This document shows, piece after piece, positions 27,345 to 36,536 of a DNA stretch of 64,000 nt; within the stretch, counting starts at the first letter, position 1, and each line of letters begins with the position of its first letter. The notes under the pieces are model-generated. The model saw nothing but the letters and a program-made list of their open reading frames with translations. It was not told the DNA's origin and made no database searches. A program made the position numbers and the translations under genes. The stretch covers positions 64,001 to 128,000 of the forward strand of contig JBDRPD010000053.1 in assembly GCA_043827405.1 (NCBI GenBank). The letters run 5' to 3'. This stretch comes from Elusimicrobiota bacterium. Lineage in GTDB: Bacteria > Elusimicrobiota > Elusimicrobia > UBA1565.

Positions 27345-30098
27345 ATGTCATTAGAGAAGACCGTCACTCCACCGCCCGACTACGTCCCCGCGGAACGCGT
27401 CCCGCTGCCGCCGCCGGACGCCCGGGTCCGCACCACGGTCTGCGACTACTGCGTGGTCGGCTGCGGCTACCGGACCTATGTTTGGCCCGAAGGCCGCGAG
27501 GGCGGCCCGCGGGCGAAGGACAACGCCTTCGGCGTGGACTTTCCCGTCGCGCCGCTGTCCGGCTACTGGGTCACGCCGAACCAGCACACGATCGTGCTGG
27601 TCGGGGGCGAACCCCACCACGCGATCGTCATCCCCGACCCGAAGGCGAAAGTCGTCAACCGCGGCGGCAACCATTCGGTGCGCGGCGGCGCGATCGCGCA
27701 GAAGTGCTACAGCCCCCGCAAGCCGACCCGCGACCGCCTCAAGCACCCGCTGCTGCGCGTCGACGGCAAGCTGGTCCCCGTCTCCTGGGATGCGGCCATC
27801 CGGGTGATGGCGGAGGTGTCCAAGCACGTGCTCGCCAAGCACGGCGAGATATCCTGGGGCATGAAGACCTTTTCGTACCAGTCTTTCGAAAGCATGTACG
27901 CGATCTCGAAGCTCTGCTTCGAATCGATCAAGACGCCCGCTTTCTCCACCCATGACGCGCCGACCGTCGGCGACGAGTCCGCCGGGCTGACCGACTCGGG
28001 CTACCAGACCTTCGGCGCCTCCTACGACGATCTCGCGCAGGCCGAGGTCCTGTTCATCTCCGGCGTCGATCCGTACGAGACCAAGACCGTGCTCTTCACC
28101 GAATGGCTGCGCCCTCCGGCGCACCGGACCGGCCGCAAAGGTCCGAAGATGATTATCGCGGCGCCGCGCCGGACCATGGGCGTCGCCTACGCCGAAAAGG
28201 ACGGCGGGCTGTGGCTGGACGTCAATCCCGGCACCGACACGCTGCTGCACCTGGCCGTCATCCGCTACATCTTCGACCAAGGCTGGGAAGACGCGGAGTT
28301 CCTCAAGGAACATACCGCGAGCGACTGGGAGATCCAATCCGGCTTCGGCCGCGGAACCCGCAACACGCCCTGGCAGTGGCGCACGACCTGGAGCAAGTAC
28401 GGGACGGATTACCTCGGCTACCGCAAGTGGATCCTGAACTATCGTCCCGCCGGCCTGGCGCAGGCGGCGCGCGTCACGGGGATCAGCGAGGAGAAGATTA
28501 TCCGGGCCGCCAAGATGCTGACCGGAGGAGGAGGCCGGCGGCCGAAGTCCTCTTTCGTCTACGAGAAGGGCAACTACTGGACCAACAACTACACCAACAC
28601 CACCTCCTACGCCGCGCTGGCGATCGTCAACGGCGCCGGCCACCGCGCCGGGCGCGTCGTCTGCCGCCTCGGCGGCCATCAGCGCGGCTGGGCGGCCAAG
28701 GCGGCCCCCTATCCCCTGGTCATGAGCCCGGAACGTCTGGCCGGCCGCCGCAAGAAGCCGCTCGATCTGGACCGCTGGGTGGAGTCCGGACGCCTGCGCT
28801 TCGCCTGGGTGATCGGCGCCACCTGGATCCAGGCCATGGCCGCGTCCGATGAGCTCAAGCGGAAATTCCTCGAGCTGACCCGCGGCAGCGAGCACCAGAT
28901 CCGCGCCGCGGACCCGGAGCACGCCGCCGCCGCCCTGATCAAACGGGTGGACGCCGGCGGCATGTTCGTGGTGGACCAGGACGTCTACCTGCGCGAGCCG
29001 ATCGGTTCCGATATCGCCGACCTGGTGCTGCCGGCCGCCGGCTGGGGCGAGAGCGACTTCGCCCGGGCCAACGGCGAGCGACGCCTGCGCCTGTATTCCA
29101 AATTCTACGACCCTCCGGGCGAGGCGCTGCCCGACTGGGAGATCATCGCCCGCTTCGGCCGGGCCATGGGCTTCGAAGACTATAAATGGAGCTCGTCCAA
29201 CGACCTCTTCGAAGAGGCCGCGCGCTTCAGCCGCGACGACATGCTGAACTACTACCCCTTGGTATGGTACGCCAAGGAGATCGGCAAGCCCGCGCATGAG
29301 GTCCTGCGCGAAATGGGGACGACGGGAATCCAGCTGCCCGCCCGCTACCGCTCGCACGCCACCGAAGGCCGGGCCTACATCGAGTACGCCGGGTCCTACT
29401 CCTCGCCCAAGCACCCGGGCATCGTCGTCGGGACCAAGCGCCTGCACGACCCCGAGACCGACTTCGGCACGCCGGAAGGACCGACCACGCATCCGAAGTG
29501 GCTGCGCGTCTTCCAGACGCACAGCGGCAAGGTGCTCCTCCACAAGTCGCCCTGGGAAACCTTCTCCGATTTTTACGCGGCGGTGCGGCCGCAGCAGGAC
29601 GAGCTGTGGGTCACCAGCGGCCGCATCAACGAGAAGTGGCAGTCGGGCTACGACGACCAGCGCCGGCCCTACTCGCTCATGCGCTGGCCCGACAGCTTCA
29701 TCGAACTGCACCCCCGGGACGCCGCCGCGCGCGGCATCGAGAGCGGCGACTATATCGAGGCGTCTTCCGACGACGTGCTCGTCCAGACGGGCGGCTTCGT
29801 GGGCCGCCGCCCCGATGACCTGACCTTCTCCGCGCTGGAGCGCGAAGGCCATATCCGGCGCGGGCGCGGAAGCTTCCGGGCGGTCGCGATCGTGACCGAC
29901 GACATCAAGCCGGGAGTGGCCTTCTCCTACTCCGATTGGCCTACCCAGCCGGCCAACGCCTTGTCGCCGCGGGTGCCCGACCCGATCACCAACCACTACC
30001 GCTTCAAGCTGGGCAAGGGCCGCATCCGCCGGATCGGCGAGTCGCCCTACAAGAAATCGCTGCGCAGCATGACCTTTCTGCCGAGGACCATCATCTAG
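27345..30098 (+). CDS. idrA: AioA-like DMSO-reductase-family molybdoenzyme large subunit, probable iodate reductase IdrA
   Basis: VPLPP; C33-X2-C36-X3-C40-X70-S111 [3Fe-4S] motif (CDYCVVGCGY…HSVRGG); YEKGNYW; RLGGHQRG; ANGERRLRLY; no signal peptide. Family call is firm; IdrA rather than AioA rests on motifs and gene context. Confidence 0.75.
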   Translation: MSLEKTVTPPPDYVPAERVPLPPPDARVRTTVCDYCVVGCGYRTYVWPEGREGGPRAKDNAFGVDFPVAPLSGYWVTPNQHTIVLVGGEPHHAIVIPDPKAKVVNRGGNHSVRGGAIAQKCYSPRKPTRDRLKHPLLRVDGKLVPVSWDAAIRVMAEVSKHVLAKHGEISWGMKTFSYQSFESMYAISKLCFESIKTPAFSTHDAPTVGDESAGLTDSGYQTFGASYDDLAQAEVLFISGVDPYETKTVLFTEWLRPPAHRTGRKGPKMIIAAPRRTMGVAYAEKDGGLWLDVNPGTDTLLHLAVIRYIFDQGWEDAEFLKEHTASDWEIQSGFGRGTRNTPWQWRTTWSKYGTDYLGYRKWILNYRPAGLAQAARVTGISEEKIIRAAKMLTGGGGRRPKSSFVYEKGNYWTNNYTNTTSYAALAIVNGAGHRAGRVVCRLGGHQRGWAAKAAPYPLVMSPERLAGRRKKPLDLDRWVESGRLRFAWVIGATWIQAMAASDELKRKFLELTRGSEHQIRAADPEHAAAALIKRVDAGGMFVVDQDVYLREPIGSDIADLVLPAAGWGESDFARANGERRLRLYSKFYDPPGEALPDWEIIARFGRAMGFEDYKWSSSNDLFEEAARFSRDDMLNYYPLVWYAKEIGKPAHEVLREMGTTGIQLPARYRSHATEGRAYIEYAGSYSSPKHPGIVVGTKRLHDPETDFGTPEGPTTHPKWLRVFQTHSGKVLLHKSPWETFSDFYAAVRPQQDELWVTSGRINEKWQSGYDDQRRPYSLMRWPDSFIELHPRDAAARGIESGDYIEASSDDVLVQTGGFVGRRPDDLTFSALEREGHIRRGRGSFRAVAIVTDDIKPGVAFSYSDWPTQPANALSPRVPDPITNHYRFKLGKGRIRRIGESPYKKSLRSMTFLPRTII

Positions 30099-30100
30099 CC

Positions 30101-30634
30101 ATGGCCGACGACCAACCCTGTTTCAGCCGGCGCCGCTTCCTGCTCGGCAGCGGCTCGACCATGGTCACCATTCTGCTGTCCAGCCTCCCGGGTATGGCGC
30201 ATGCCAAGGGAGTGCTCAAGCTGCGCCGGACCGGCTATCCGCGGACGAAGATCGGCCGCATCAGCCTGCTCGAAAAGGGCCGGCCGGTATTCTTCAAGTA
30301 CCCGGGCCAGCATGCCCACTGCGCCTTCATGCTGGTACGGCTGGGCCGCGAGGCGGCGGGCGGCGTCGGCCCGGACCAGGACATCGTCGCCTTCAGCCGG
30401 CTATGCGCCCACATGGGGGCGCCGCTCGACGGATTCCGCGAGGAGCATTCCACTCTCGGCCCCTGCGCCGAGCACCTCACCGTTTTCGACCTGCGGCGCC
30501 ACGGCATGGTGGTCTCCGGCCACGCCACCGAGACTTTGCCGCAGGCGGTCCTGGAAACCGACGGCGACGACATCTACGCCGTGGGCGTGCTCGGCCTCAT
30601 CTACGGCTTCCACGACAACCAGGACGCGCTCTGA
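30101..30634 (+). CDS. idrB: Tat-exported Rieske [2Fe-2S] small subunit (AioB/IdrB-like)
   Basis: ATG at 30101; twin-arginine SRRRFLL; GGVGPDQDIVAF; CAHMG and GPCAEH ligand boxes; GLIYG C-terminus. Confidence 0.78.
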   Translation: MADDQPCFSRRRFLLGSGSTMVTILLSSLPGMAHAKGVLKLRRTGYPRTKIGRISLLEKGRPVFFKYPGQHAHCAFMLVRLGREAAGGVGPDQDIVAFSRLCAHMGAPLDGFREEHSTLGPCAEHLTVFDLRRHGMVVSGHATETLPQAVLETDGDDIYAVGVLGLIYGFHDNQDAL

Positions 30635-30646
30635 ACGCGCGCGGCA

Positions 30647-31393
30647 TCAGCCCCAACCGGGCAGGCCCTCGCGGGACGCTATCGCCGCCAGGCTCCGGAC
30701 ATAGTCCGTTTTGTTGAGCTCCGCCGGCGCGCCGATCGCGGCCTCCAGCCGCTCGTCGAAAGGGACCGCACCTAGAAATGGGACCTTAAGCCGTGCGCAC
30801 TCCCTCTCGACAAATAAGGCGGAAGACGGCATCCGCATATTCTCGAGCACGCCGATCATGCCCGCATGCAGCTCCTGAAACATGCGGATGGTCTTTTCGA
30901 CCGTCGCGAAAGCCACTTTGGACGGCACCGTCACCAAGACGGACTCCGCCCGCCGCATCAAGCGCAGCACGTCCAGCGCCGCGTCGCTAAGGCCCGGCGG
31001 CATATCGACGATCAGAACGTCGAGCTTGCCCCACTGCGTGATAGCCAAAAGTTCAATAATGGCGTTGGAGATATCGCTCCCGCGCAGAGGCGACGGCTGC
31101 TCGCCGGTAAACATAACCAGCGACAGGAAGCGGATGCCCGCGACCTCCGGCGGCACGATGCCCCGCTCTTCCTCGGGAAAAACTCCCCGGGCGCCCAGGA
31201 TGACGTGCTGGGAGGGGCCGCTCAAGTCCAGGTCCAGCAGACCGACTTTTCGTCCCGCCGCAGAAAGCGCCAGCGCCAGCCCGGAAGACGTGACGCTCTT
31301 GCCGACGCCGCCCTTGCCGCCGGTAACGGCCAGTATTCTGCCGATTCCCGACAGCCGGTCGCTGATAACGCTCAAGCGGGGATCAATGTTCAT
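30647..31393 (-). CDS. Mrp/MinD-family ATPase, probable ATP-type HypB
   Basis: GGKGGVGKS deviant Walker A, DLDLSGPS, DMPPG, ENM; lacks the ApbC CxxC; directly downstream of hypA. Confidence 0.75.
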   Translation of the reverse strand: MNIDPRLSVISDRLSGIGRILAVTGGKGGVGKSVTSSGLALALSAAGRKVGLLDLDLSGPSQHVILGARGVFPEEERGIVPPEVAGIRFLSLVMFTGEQPSPLRGSDISNAIIELLAITQWGKLDVLIVDMPPGLSDAALDVLRLMRRAESVLVTVPSKVAFATVEKTIRMFQELHAGMIGVLENMRMPSSALFVERECARLKVPFLGAVPFDERLEAAIGAPAELNKTDYVRSLAAIASREGLPGWG

Positions 31394-31394
31394 A

Positions 31395-31805
31395 TCATTC
31401 GACCTCGACTTCGTCCAGCCATACCCCGCGTCCCCGCGTCACCTCGAAATCGGGACTCCCGCACTGCAGGCAGCGGACATAGCTGTGCGCCACCTCCGGA
31501 ACGAAGTGGACATACTCCGCCTCTTCTTCCGTGAGCTTCTTTTTCGTCTCCGCGAACAGCCACTCCTTGCCGCAGGCCCGGCATTTAAATGCTGCGTCCT
31601 CTTGAGAGATATCGATGCCGGCCGCGCCGATCGCCGCTTCATGCGTGCCCATCACGGTTTTAAGCCCCATCCGGAAAGCTTCCATATCCATCTGCTGCAG
31701 CTCACCGACCCGCAGCCGAATCCCGGTAATCCGGCGGTAGCCGCCCTTCTTCATTTCATTTAAAGCGGAGACGACCACGCCTTCCGCCAATGCCCACTCG
31801 TGCAT
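31395..31805 (-). CDS. hypA: Hydrogenase nickel incorporation protein HypA
   Basis: MHE N-terminus, VGELQ, CRAC and CLQC zinc pairs, GRG. Confidence 0.92.
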   Translation of the reverse strand: MHEWALAEGVVVSALNEMKKGGYRRITGIRLRVGELQQMDMEAFRMGLKTVMGTHEAAIGAAGIDISQEDAAFKCRACGKEWLFAETKKKLTEEEAEYVHFVPEVAHSYVRCLQCGSPDFEVTRGRGVWLDEVEVE

Positions 31806-31820
31806 TCGACCTCCCGGCGC

Positions 31821-32831
31821 CTAACAAATTCTGGGGAACTGATCCCCGACCAGCATGTCGAGTATGCGCCGCCCCCCCACCGTCGTCCGCAGCAGGACCC
31901 TGCCCGCGGACTCTCCGCTGACCTCGCCGACGACAGCCGCTGCGGCGCCCAGCGGGTGCGCCCGCAGGAGCCGCAGCGCGCGCTCCGCGCCGCCGGGATC
32001 GACGACCAGGACCATTTTCCCTTCGTTCGCTATGTAGAGAGGATCGTAGCCCAGCAGCTCGCAGAACGCGCGGACGGAATCGCTTACCGGCACGGCGGAC
32101 TCATCGACGACTATCCCGAAGTCCCGCCCTTCGGCGGCCTCATTGAGCACCGTGGCCAGCCCCCCCCGCGTCGCATCACGCATGAAGCGGACTCCGCAGT
32201 CTGCGTCCAAAACAGGCTGCACCAAGCTCCACAGCGGAGCGCAGTCGGAGCGCAGACCTTTGAGCCCCATTTGGTGCCGTCGCGACAGCACGGCAGCGCC
32301 GTGGTCGCCGACGGTCCCGTTGATGAGGATCCGGTCGCCGGCGCGAATCCCCTCCGGCCCCAGCGCGGAGCGCCGTCCGAGCTCGCCGACGCCCGCAGTG
32401 TTGATAAAGAGGCGGTCGACGCCGCCGCGCTCCACCACCTTGGTATCGCCGGTCACGATGCGGACTTCCGCCTCCCGCGCCGTCTCGCCCACCGAGCGCA
32501 GGATGCTCCGCAGAAAATCAAACTCCAGCCCCTCTTCAATGACGAGCCCCAGCGACAGGTACCGCGGCGTCGCTCCCGCGGCGGCGAGGTCGTTGACCGT
32601 ACCGCAGACCGCCAGCCGGCCGATATCCCCGCCGGGAAATACCGCGGGGCTCACCGTATAGGTATCGGTGGTGAAGGCGAGACGTCCGGGAGCCGGCTCG
32701 ATCTCGGCGGAGTCCCCCAGCCGCCGCAGAATCGGATCAGGCAGAGCGCGGACGATCTCGCCCACCAGCTCATGCGAGAGCCGGCCGCCGCTGCCGTGCG
32801 CCAAGAGAATCCGCTCAGTTTTCCCGGCCAT
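31821..32831 (-). CDS. hypE: Hydrogenase maturation protein HypE
   Basis: HGSGG, FTTD, GDTKVV, RDATRGG, ANEGK, C-terminal PRIC. Confidence 0.96.
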   Translation of the reverse strand: MAGKTERILLAHGSGGRLSHELVGEIVRALPDPILRRLGDSAEIEPAPGRLAFTTDTYTVSPAVFPGGDIGRLAVCGTVNDLAAAGATPRYLSLGLVIEEGLEFDFLRSILRSVGETAREAEVRIVTGDTKVVERGGVDRLFINTAGVGELGRRSALGPEGIRAGDRILINGTVGDHGAAVLSRRHQMGLKGLRSDCAPLWSLVQPVLDADCGVRFMRDATRGGLATVLNEAAEGRDFGIVVDESAVPVSDSVRAFCELLGYDPLYIANEGKMVLVVDPGGAERALRLLRAHPLGAAAAVVGEVSGESAGRVLLRTTVGGRRILDMLVGDQFPRIC

Positions 32832-33906
32832 ACTTGTAATACGCCGCGCAGGTCCCTTCGCTTGAAACCATGCATGCCCCGACGGGCGCGAGCGGAGTGC
32901 ATACGCCGGCGAAGAGCGGGCAGTCCGGAGGCTTGCGCACCCCTTTGAGAATATCTCCGCACATGCAGCCGGAATCAGTCCGCTCGGCTTCGACCTCGAC
33001 TTCGATTCCCTGCTCCGCGTCGAAAGCCGCGAACTCCGGGCGCAGCGCGAGCCCGCTCCCGGGAATCACGCCGATCCCCCGCCATGCCGCGTCGCATGGC
33101 TGGAAGACCCGGCTCATCGCCGCCATCGCTTTAGGGTTGCCCTCGGGCCGCACGCTCCGCTTATAGGCGTTCTCCAGCTCGCTGCCGCCGGAAACGACCT
33201 GCCGCGCCAAAGAGAGGACGCCGCGCGCGATATCCAACGGCTCGAAACCCGCGACCGCGCAGGGGATATTGAACTCCGAGGCGAGAAATCCGTAGGGCGC
33301 CGTACCGATAATAGTGCTCACATGCCCGGGCAGCAGCAGCCCCTGCACGCGGATATCCGGATCCTGCGCCAGCGCCCGCAGCGCGGGCGGCACGAGCTTA
33401 TGCCCGCTGTAGACGAAATAGTTCGTCAGTCCGGCATCATGGGCCGCGATGACCGACGCCGCCACGCTCGGCGTCGTCGTCTCGAAACCGACGCCCAGAA
33501 AAACGACTTTTTTACCGGGGTTCTCACGCGCGATCGCCGTCGACTCCAGCGCCGAGTAAACGGTGCGCACGTCCGCCCCCGCCGCCCGCTCCTGCTCCAG
33601 GCTCGACGACGAGCCCGGAACGCGGTACATGTCGCCGAAGGTGACCACGATCACGTCCGGCCGCCGGCAGAAAGCGATCGCGCGGTCCATATAGCCGTTG
33701 GCGGTAACGCACACCGGGCAGCCCGGGCCCGAGAGAAGCTCCAGCTGCCGCGGGAAAATCTGCCGCAGACCGCTGCGAAACAGCGCCACCGTATGCGTTC
33801 CGCAGACCTCCATCAGGACCGCGGACTTGCCGTCGAGCGCCTCGGCGATCAGCCGGACCGCAGCCTGCACCGCATCCGCCTGACGGTACTCGTCAAGAAA
33901 CTTCAT
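32815..33906 (-). CDS. hypD: Hydrogenase maturation protein HypD
   Basis: MEVCGTHT, GPGCPVC, GFETT, PGHVS, CMVSSEGTC. Confidence 0.96.
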   Translation of the reverse strand: MKFLDEYRQADAVQAAVRLIAEALDGKSAVLMEVCGTHTVALFRSGLRQIFPRQLELLSGPGCPVCVTANGYMDRAIAFCRRPDVIVVTFGDMYRVPGSSSSLEQERAAGADVRTVYSALESTAIARENPGKKVVFLGVGFETTTPSVAASVIAAHDAGLTNYFVYSGHKLVPPALRALAQDPDIRVQGLLLPGHVSTIIGTAPYGFLASEFNIPCAVAGFEPLDIARGVLSLARQVVSGGSELENAYKRSVRPEGNPKAMAAMSRVFQPCDAAWRGIGVIPGSGLALRPEFAAFDAEQGIEVEVEAERTDSGCMCGDILKGVRKPPDCPLFAGVCTPLAPVGACMVSSEGTCAAYYKYGREN

Positions 33907-34133
33907 GCGCTTTCCTCAGCGTCTCCCGTCAACCGCTGAATCAGCTTGCGGTCTTCCGCCGCCTGCTCCCGATCCAATTTCTGGATGGCAAAACCGGCAT
34001 GCACGATCACGTATTCTCCCGGTTGGGGATCATCCACCAGGTCCAGGCGGACATCCTTCTCAACCCCGCCCATACGGACCGTTCCGACCTCGCCGTTCAC
34101 GGCGACCAGCTCCATAGGAATCGCAAGACACAT
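33903..34133 (-). CDS. hypC: Hydrogenase chaperone HypC
   Basis: MCLAIP N-terminus, VIVHAGFAI. Confidence 0.96.
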   Translation of the reverse strand: MCLAIPMELVAVNGEVGTVRMGGVEKDVRLDLVDDPQPGEYVIVHAGFAIQKLDREQAAEDRKLIQRLTGDAEESA

Positions 34134-34138
34134 ATTTA

Positions 34139-36430
34139 TTAATCCGCAAATAATCCGGCGGCCATCACCTGGCCCAAGCAGATACCCCCGTCATTGGGCG
34201 GCACTTGCCGGTGCATCAGCACGCGAAAGCCGGCTTCCTCCAAACGACGCGAGCTCCATTCTAACAAAAGCGCGTTCTGGAACACGCCGCCGGTCAGGGC
34301 CGCCGTCTCCAGGCCGGTTTCGTCGCGCACCGCGCAGCATGCGGCGGCCGTCATATCGGCGACCGCGGCATGAAACCGCGAAGACATGATATCCGGCGCC
34401 GCGCCGCGCCGCAGGTCCTCGACGACGGCCCGCACCATGGGCACGGGATCAAGGACCAGCAGCCCTTCCGCTTTCTCCAGCGCATAGGGATACGCCCCTT
34501 CCTCCCCCGCGGCGGCCGCCTCCAGCTCAATTGCCGCCTGGCCCTCATAGCGTATCTCGCGGCGCAGGCCGATAATCGCCGCGACCGCGTCAAACAGGCG
34601 GCCCATGCTCGAAGTCAGCGGGCTGTTAAGGTTCCGGTCGATCATCTTGTCGAGCACCGCCCATTTATCCCGGTCGAGCTTGCGCACAAAATCGATATCC
34701 AGCTCCAGGAATTCCGCGCCGAACGCTTCGCGCAGCCACACCGCGCCCATGCGCCACACCTCACGCACCGCCGCGTCGCCGCCCGGCAGCGGGACCGTCC
34801 GGAGACGCGCCGCCCGCCGGTATCCCTTGAAGTCCGCGGCCAGCAGTTCACCCCCCCAGACCGTCGCATCGTCGCCGCGGCCGGCGCCGTCGAAGACCAC
34901 GCCGATGACCGTCTGCGACACCCCGTTGTCCGCCATACAGGAGGCGACATGCGCATGGTGATGCTGCACCTTAACGAGCTCAGCGTCCGGCAGCCGCGCG
35001 CACAGCTTTTCCGCGTACTGCGTGGAGAGGTAATCCGGGTGCAGGTCGCAGGCGATGCGGCGCGGCTTAATGGTCAATAGCCGCGCCAGATGATCTACCC
35101 CTCGCTCGAATGCGTCAAGCGTCTCCAGGTTCTTCAGGTCGCCGATGTGATGGCTCAGATAGGCGTCGGACCCGCGTCCCAAGCAGAAGACGCTTTTAAG
35201 CTCGCCCCCGCAGGCGAGGACCGGCTCCTTGAGCGTCCCCGGCAGGCGGATGGGCGCCGGAGCATAGCCCCGGGAGCGGCGGAGCAGGCGCTCCTCTCCG
35301 CGAAAAACGCGACTCACCGAATCGTCGCACCGCGTTTCGATGCCGCGATCATGCAGCACAAACGCATCCGCGATCCCTCCCAGCCGCGCCAGAGCTTCTT
35401 CGTTAATATGAGCTATCGGCTCGTCGCTGACATTCCCGCTCGTCATGACCAGGACTTCCGGGCAGCCGCCGGCGAACAGCAGCGAATGCAGCGGCGCATA
35501 CGGGAGCATGCAGCCCAAGCGCTTCTGCCGCGGCGCGACCGACGGCGCCAGCGCCGCCGCCTCTACCCGCTCCAGCAGCACGATCGGCCGGGCGACCGAC
35601 TCAAGGAGAGCGGCCTCCTCGCGGCTTACGCGGCAGCAGCGCCGCACCGCGGCGGCAGCGCCGGCCATCACGGCGAAGGGCTTGTCTTCCCGGTACTTGC
35701 GGCCGCGCAATGCGCCGACGGCGCGCTCGTCAAACGCGCTGCAGGCGAGATGGAAGCCCCCGATCCCCTTCACCGCGAGGATATTGCCGTCGCGCAACAG
35801 CGCCGCAGCCCGAGCCACGATTTCAAGGGAATCGCCCTCGATGACCGGTCGGCCGGCGGCATCCGTAAGCCGCAGCCGCGGTCCGCAAACGGCGCAGGCA
35901 TTGGGCTGCGCATGGAAGCGGCGGTTTTCCGGGTCCTCGTACTCGGCGAGGCATTCCGGACACATGTGAAACGACGCCATAGCGGTCGCCGGACGGTCGT
36001 AGGGAACGCTGCGCACTATGGTAAAGCGCGGGCCGCAGTTGGTGCAGTTCAGGAAGGGGTAGCCGCGGCGCCGGTCGGCGGGATCGGCGAGCTCCCGCAA
36101 GCACTCCCCGCACGTCGCGAGATCGGGGGAAACATCGGCCAGCGCCTGCGCCGAGCCGGTGCTGGGCAGGATGCGGAAGTCCTCATCCTCAGCCGGCTCA
36201 ACCTCCCGGGAGGTCAACGACTTGATGCTCGCCTGCGGCGGCGGCTCAAGCTCGAGCACGCGCAGAAATTCCTGCACCTTCGCGGGGGGGCCCTGCACCT
36301 CGATGCGGACCCCGTCGGAGGTATTGCTGATCCAGCCGCGCAGGCCGCGCCTCCGGGCCTGCCGGTACACGGCGGGCCGGAAACCGACTCCCTGTACGCG
36401 TCCGCGTACCTCGATGCGCAGCCGCTTCAT
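34139..36430 (-). CDS. hypF: Carbamoyltransferase HypF
   Basis: GRVQGVGFRP acylphosphatase domain, zinc fingers, KGIGGFH, HHHAH, PPNDGG. Confidence 0.96.
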   Translation of the reverse strand: MKRLRIEVRGRVQGVGFRPAVYRQARRRGLRGWISNTSDGVRIEVQGPPAKVQEFLRVLELEPPPQASIKSLTSREVEPAEDEDFRILPSTGSAQALADVSPDLATCGECLRELADPADRRRGYPFLNCTNCGPRFTIVRSVPYDRPATAMASFHMCPECLAEYEDPENRRFHAQPNACAVCGPRLRLTDAAGRPVIEGDSLEIVARAAALLRDGNILAVKGIGGFHLACSAFDERAVGALRGRKYREDKPFAVMAGAAAAVRRCCRVSREEAALLESVARPIVLLERVEAAALAPSVAPRQKRLGCMLPYAPLHSLLFAGGCPEVLVMTSGNVSDEPIAHINEEALARLGGIADAFVLHDRGIETRCDDSVSRVFRGEERLLRRSRGYAPAPIRLPGTLKEPVLACGGELKSVFCLGRGSDAYLSHHIGDLKNLETLDAFERGVDHLARLLTIKPRRIACDLHPDYLSTQYAEKLCARLPDAELVKVQHHHAHVASCMADNGVSQTVIGVVFDGAGRGDDATVWGGELLAADFKGYRRAARLRTVPLPGGDAAVREVWRMGAVWLREAFGAEFLELDIDFVRKLDRDKWAVLDKMIDRNLNSPLTSSMGRLFDAVAAIIGLRREIRYEGQAAIELEAAAAGEEGAYPYALEKAEGLLVLDPVPMVRAVVEDLRRGAAPDIMSSRFHAAVADMTAAACCAVRDETGLETAALTGGVFQNALLLEWSSRRLEEAGFRVLMHRQVPPNDGGICLGQVMAAGLFAD

Positions 36431-36536
36431 GTGCTAACCATTATCGCCTATAGTGGGCGCAGAGGGATACAGCGTCAAGCAACCGTTCTCCGCTGGTATT
36501 GACGCCGTAACGCTTCGCCTTTACCCTAATAGCGAA

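Noticed and set aside
27351..29996. 881-aa ORF antisense to the molybdoenzyme
   Set aside because: Shadow ORF from high-GC codon bias; no motifs, and the opposite strand has a clear gene.
27345..30634. Canonical arsenite oxidase aioBA
   Set aside because: Gene order is A then B, peroxidases are attached, AioA-type motifs are replaced, and no aioXSR or ars genes are nearby. Disfavoured, not formally excluded without phylogeny.
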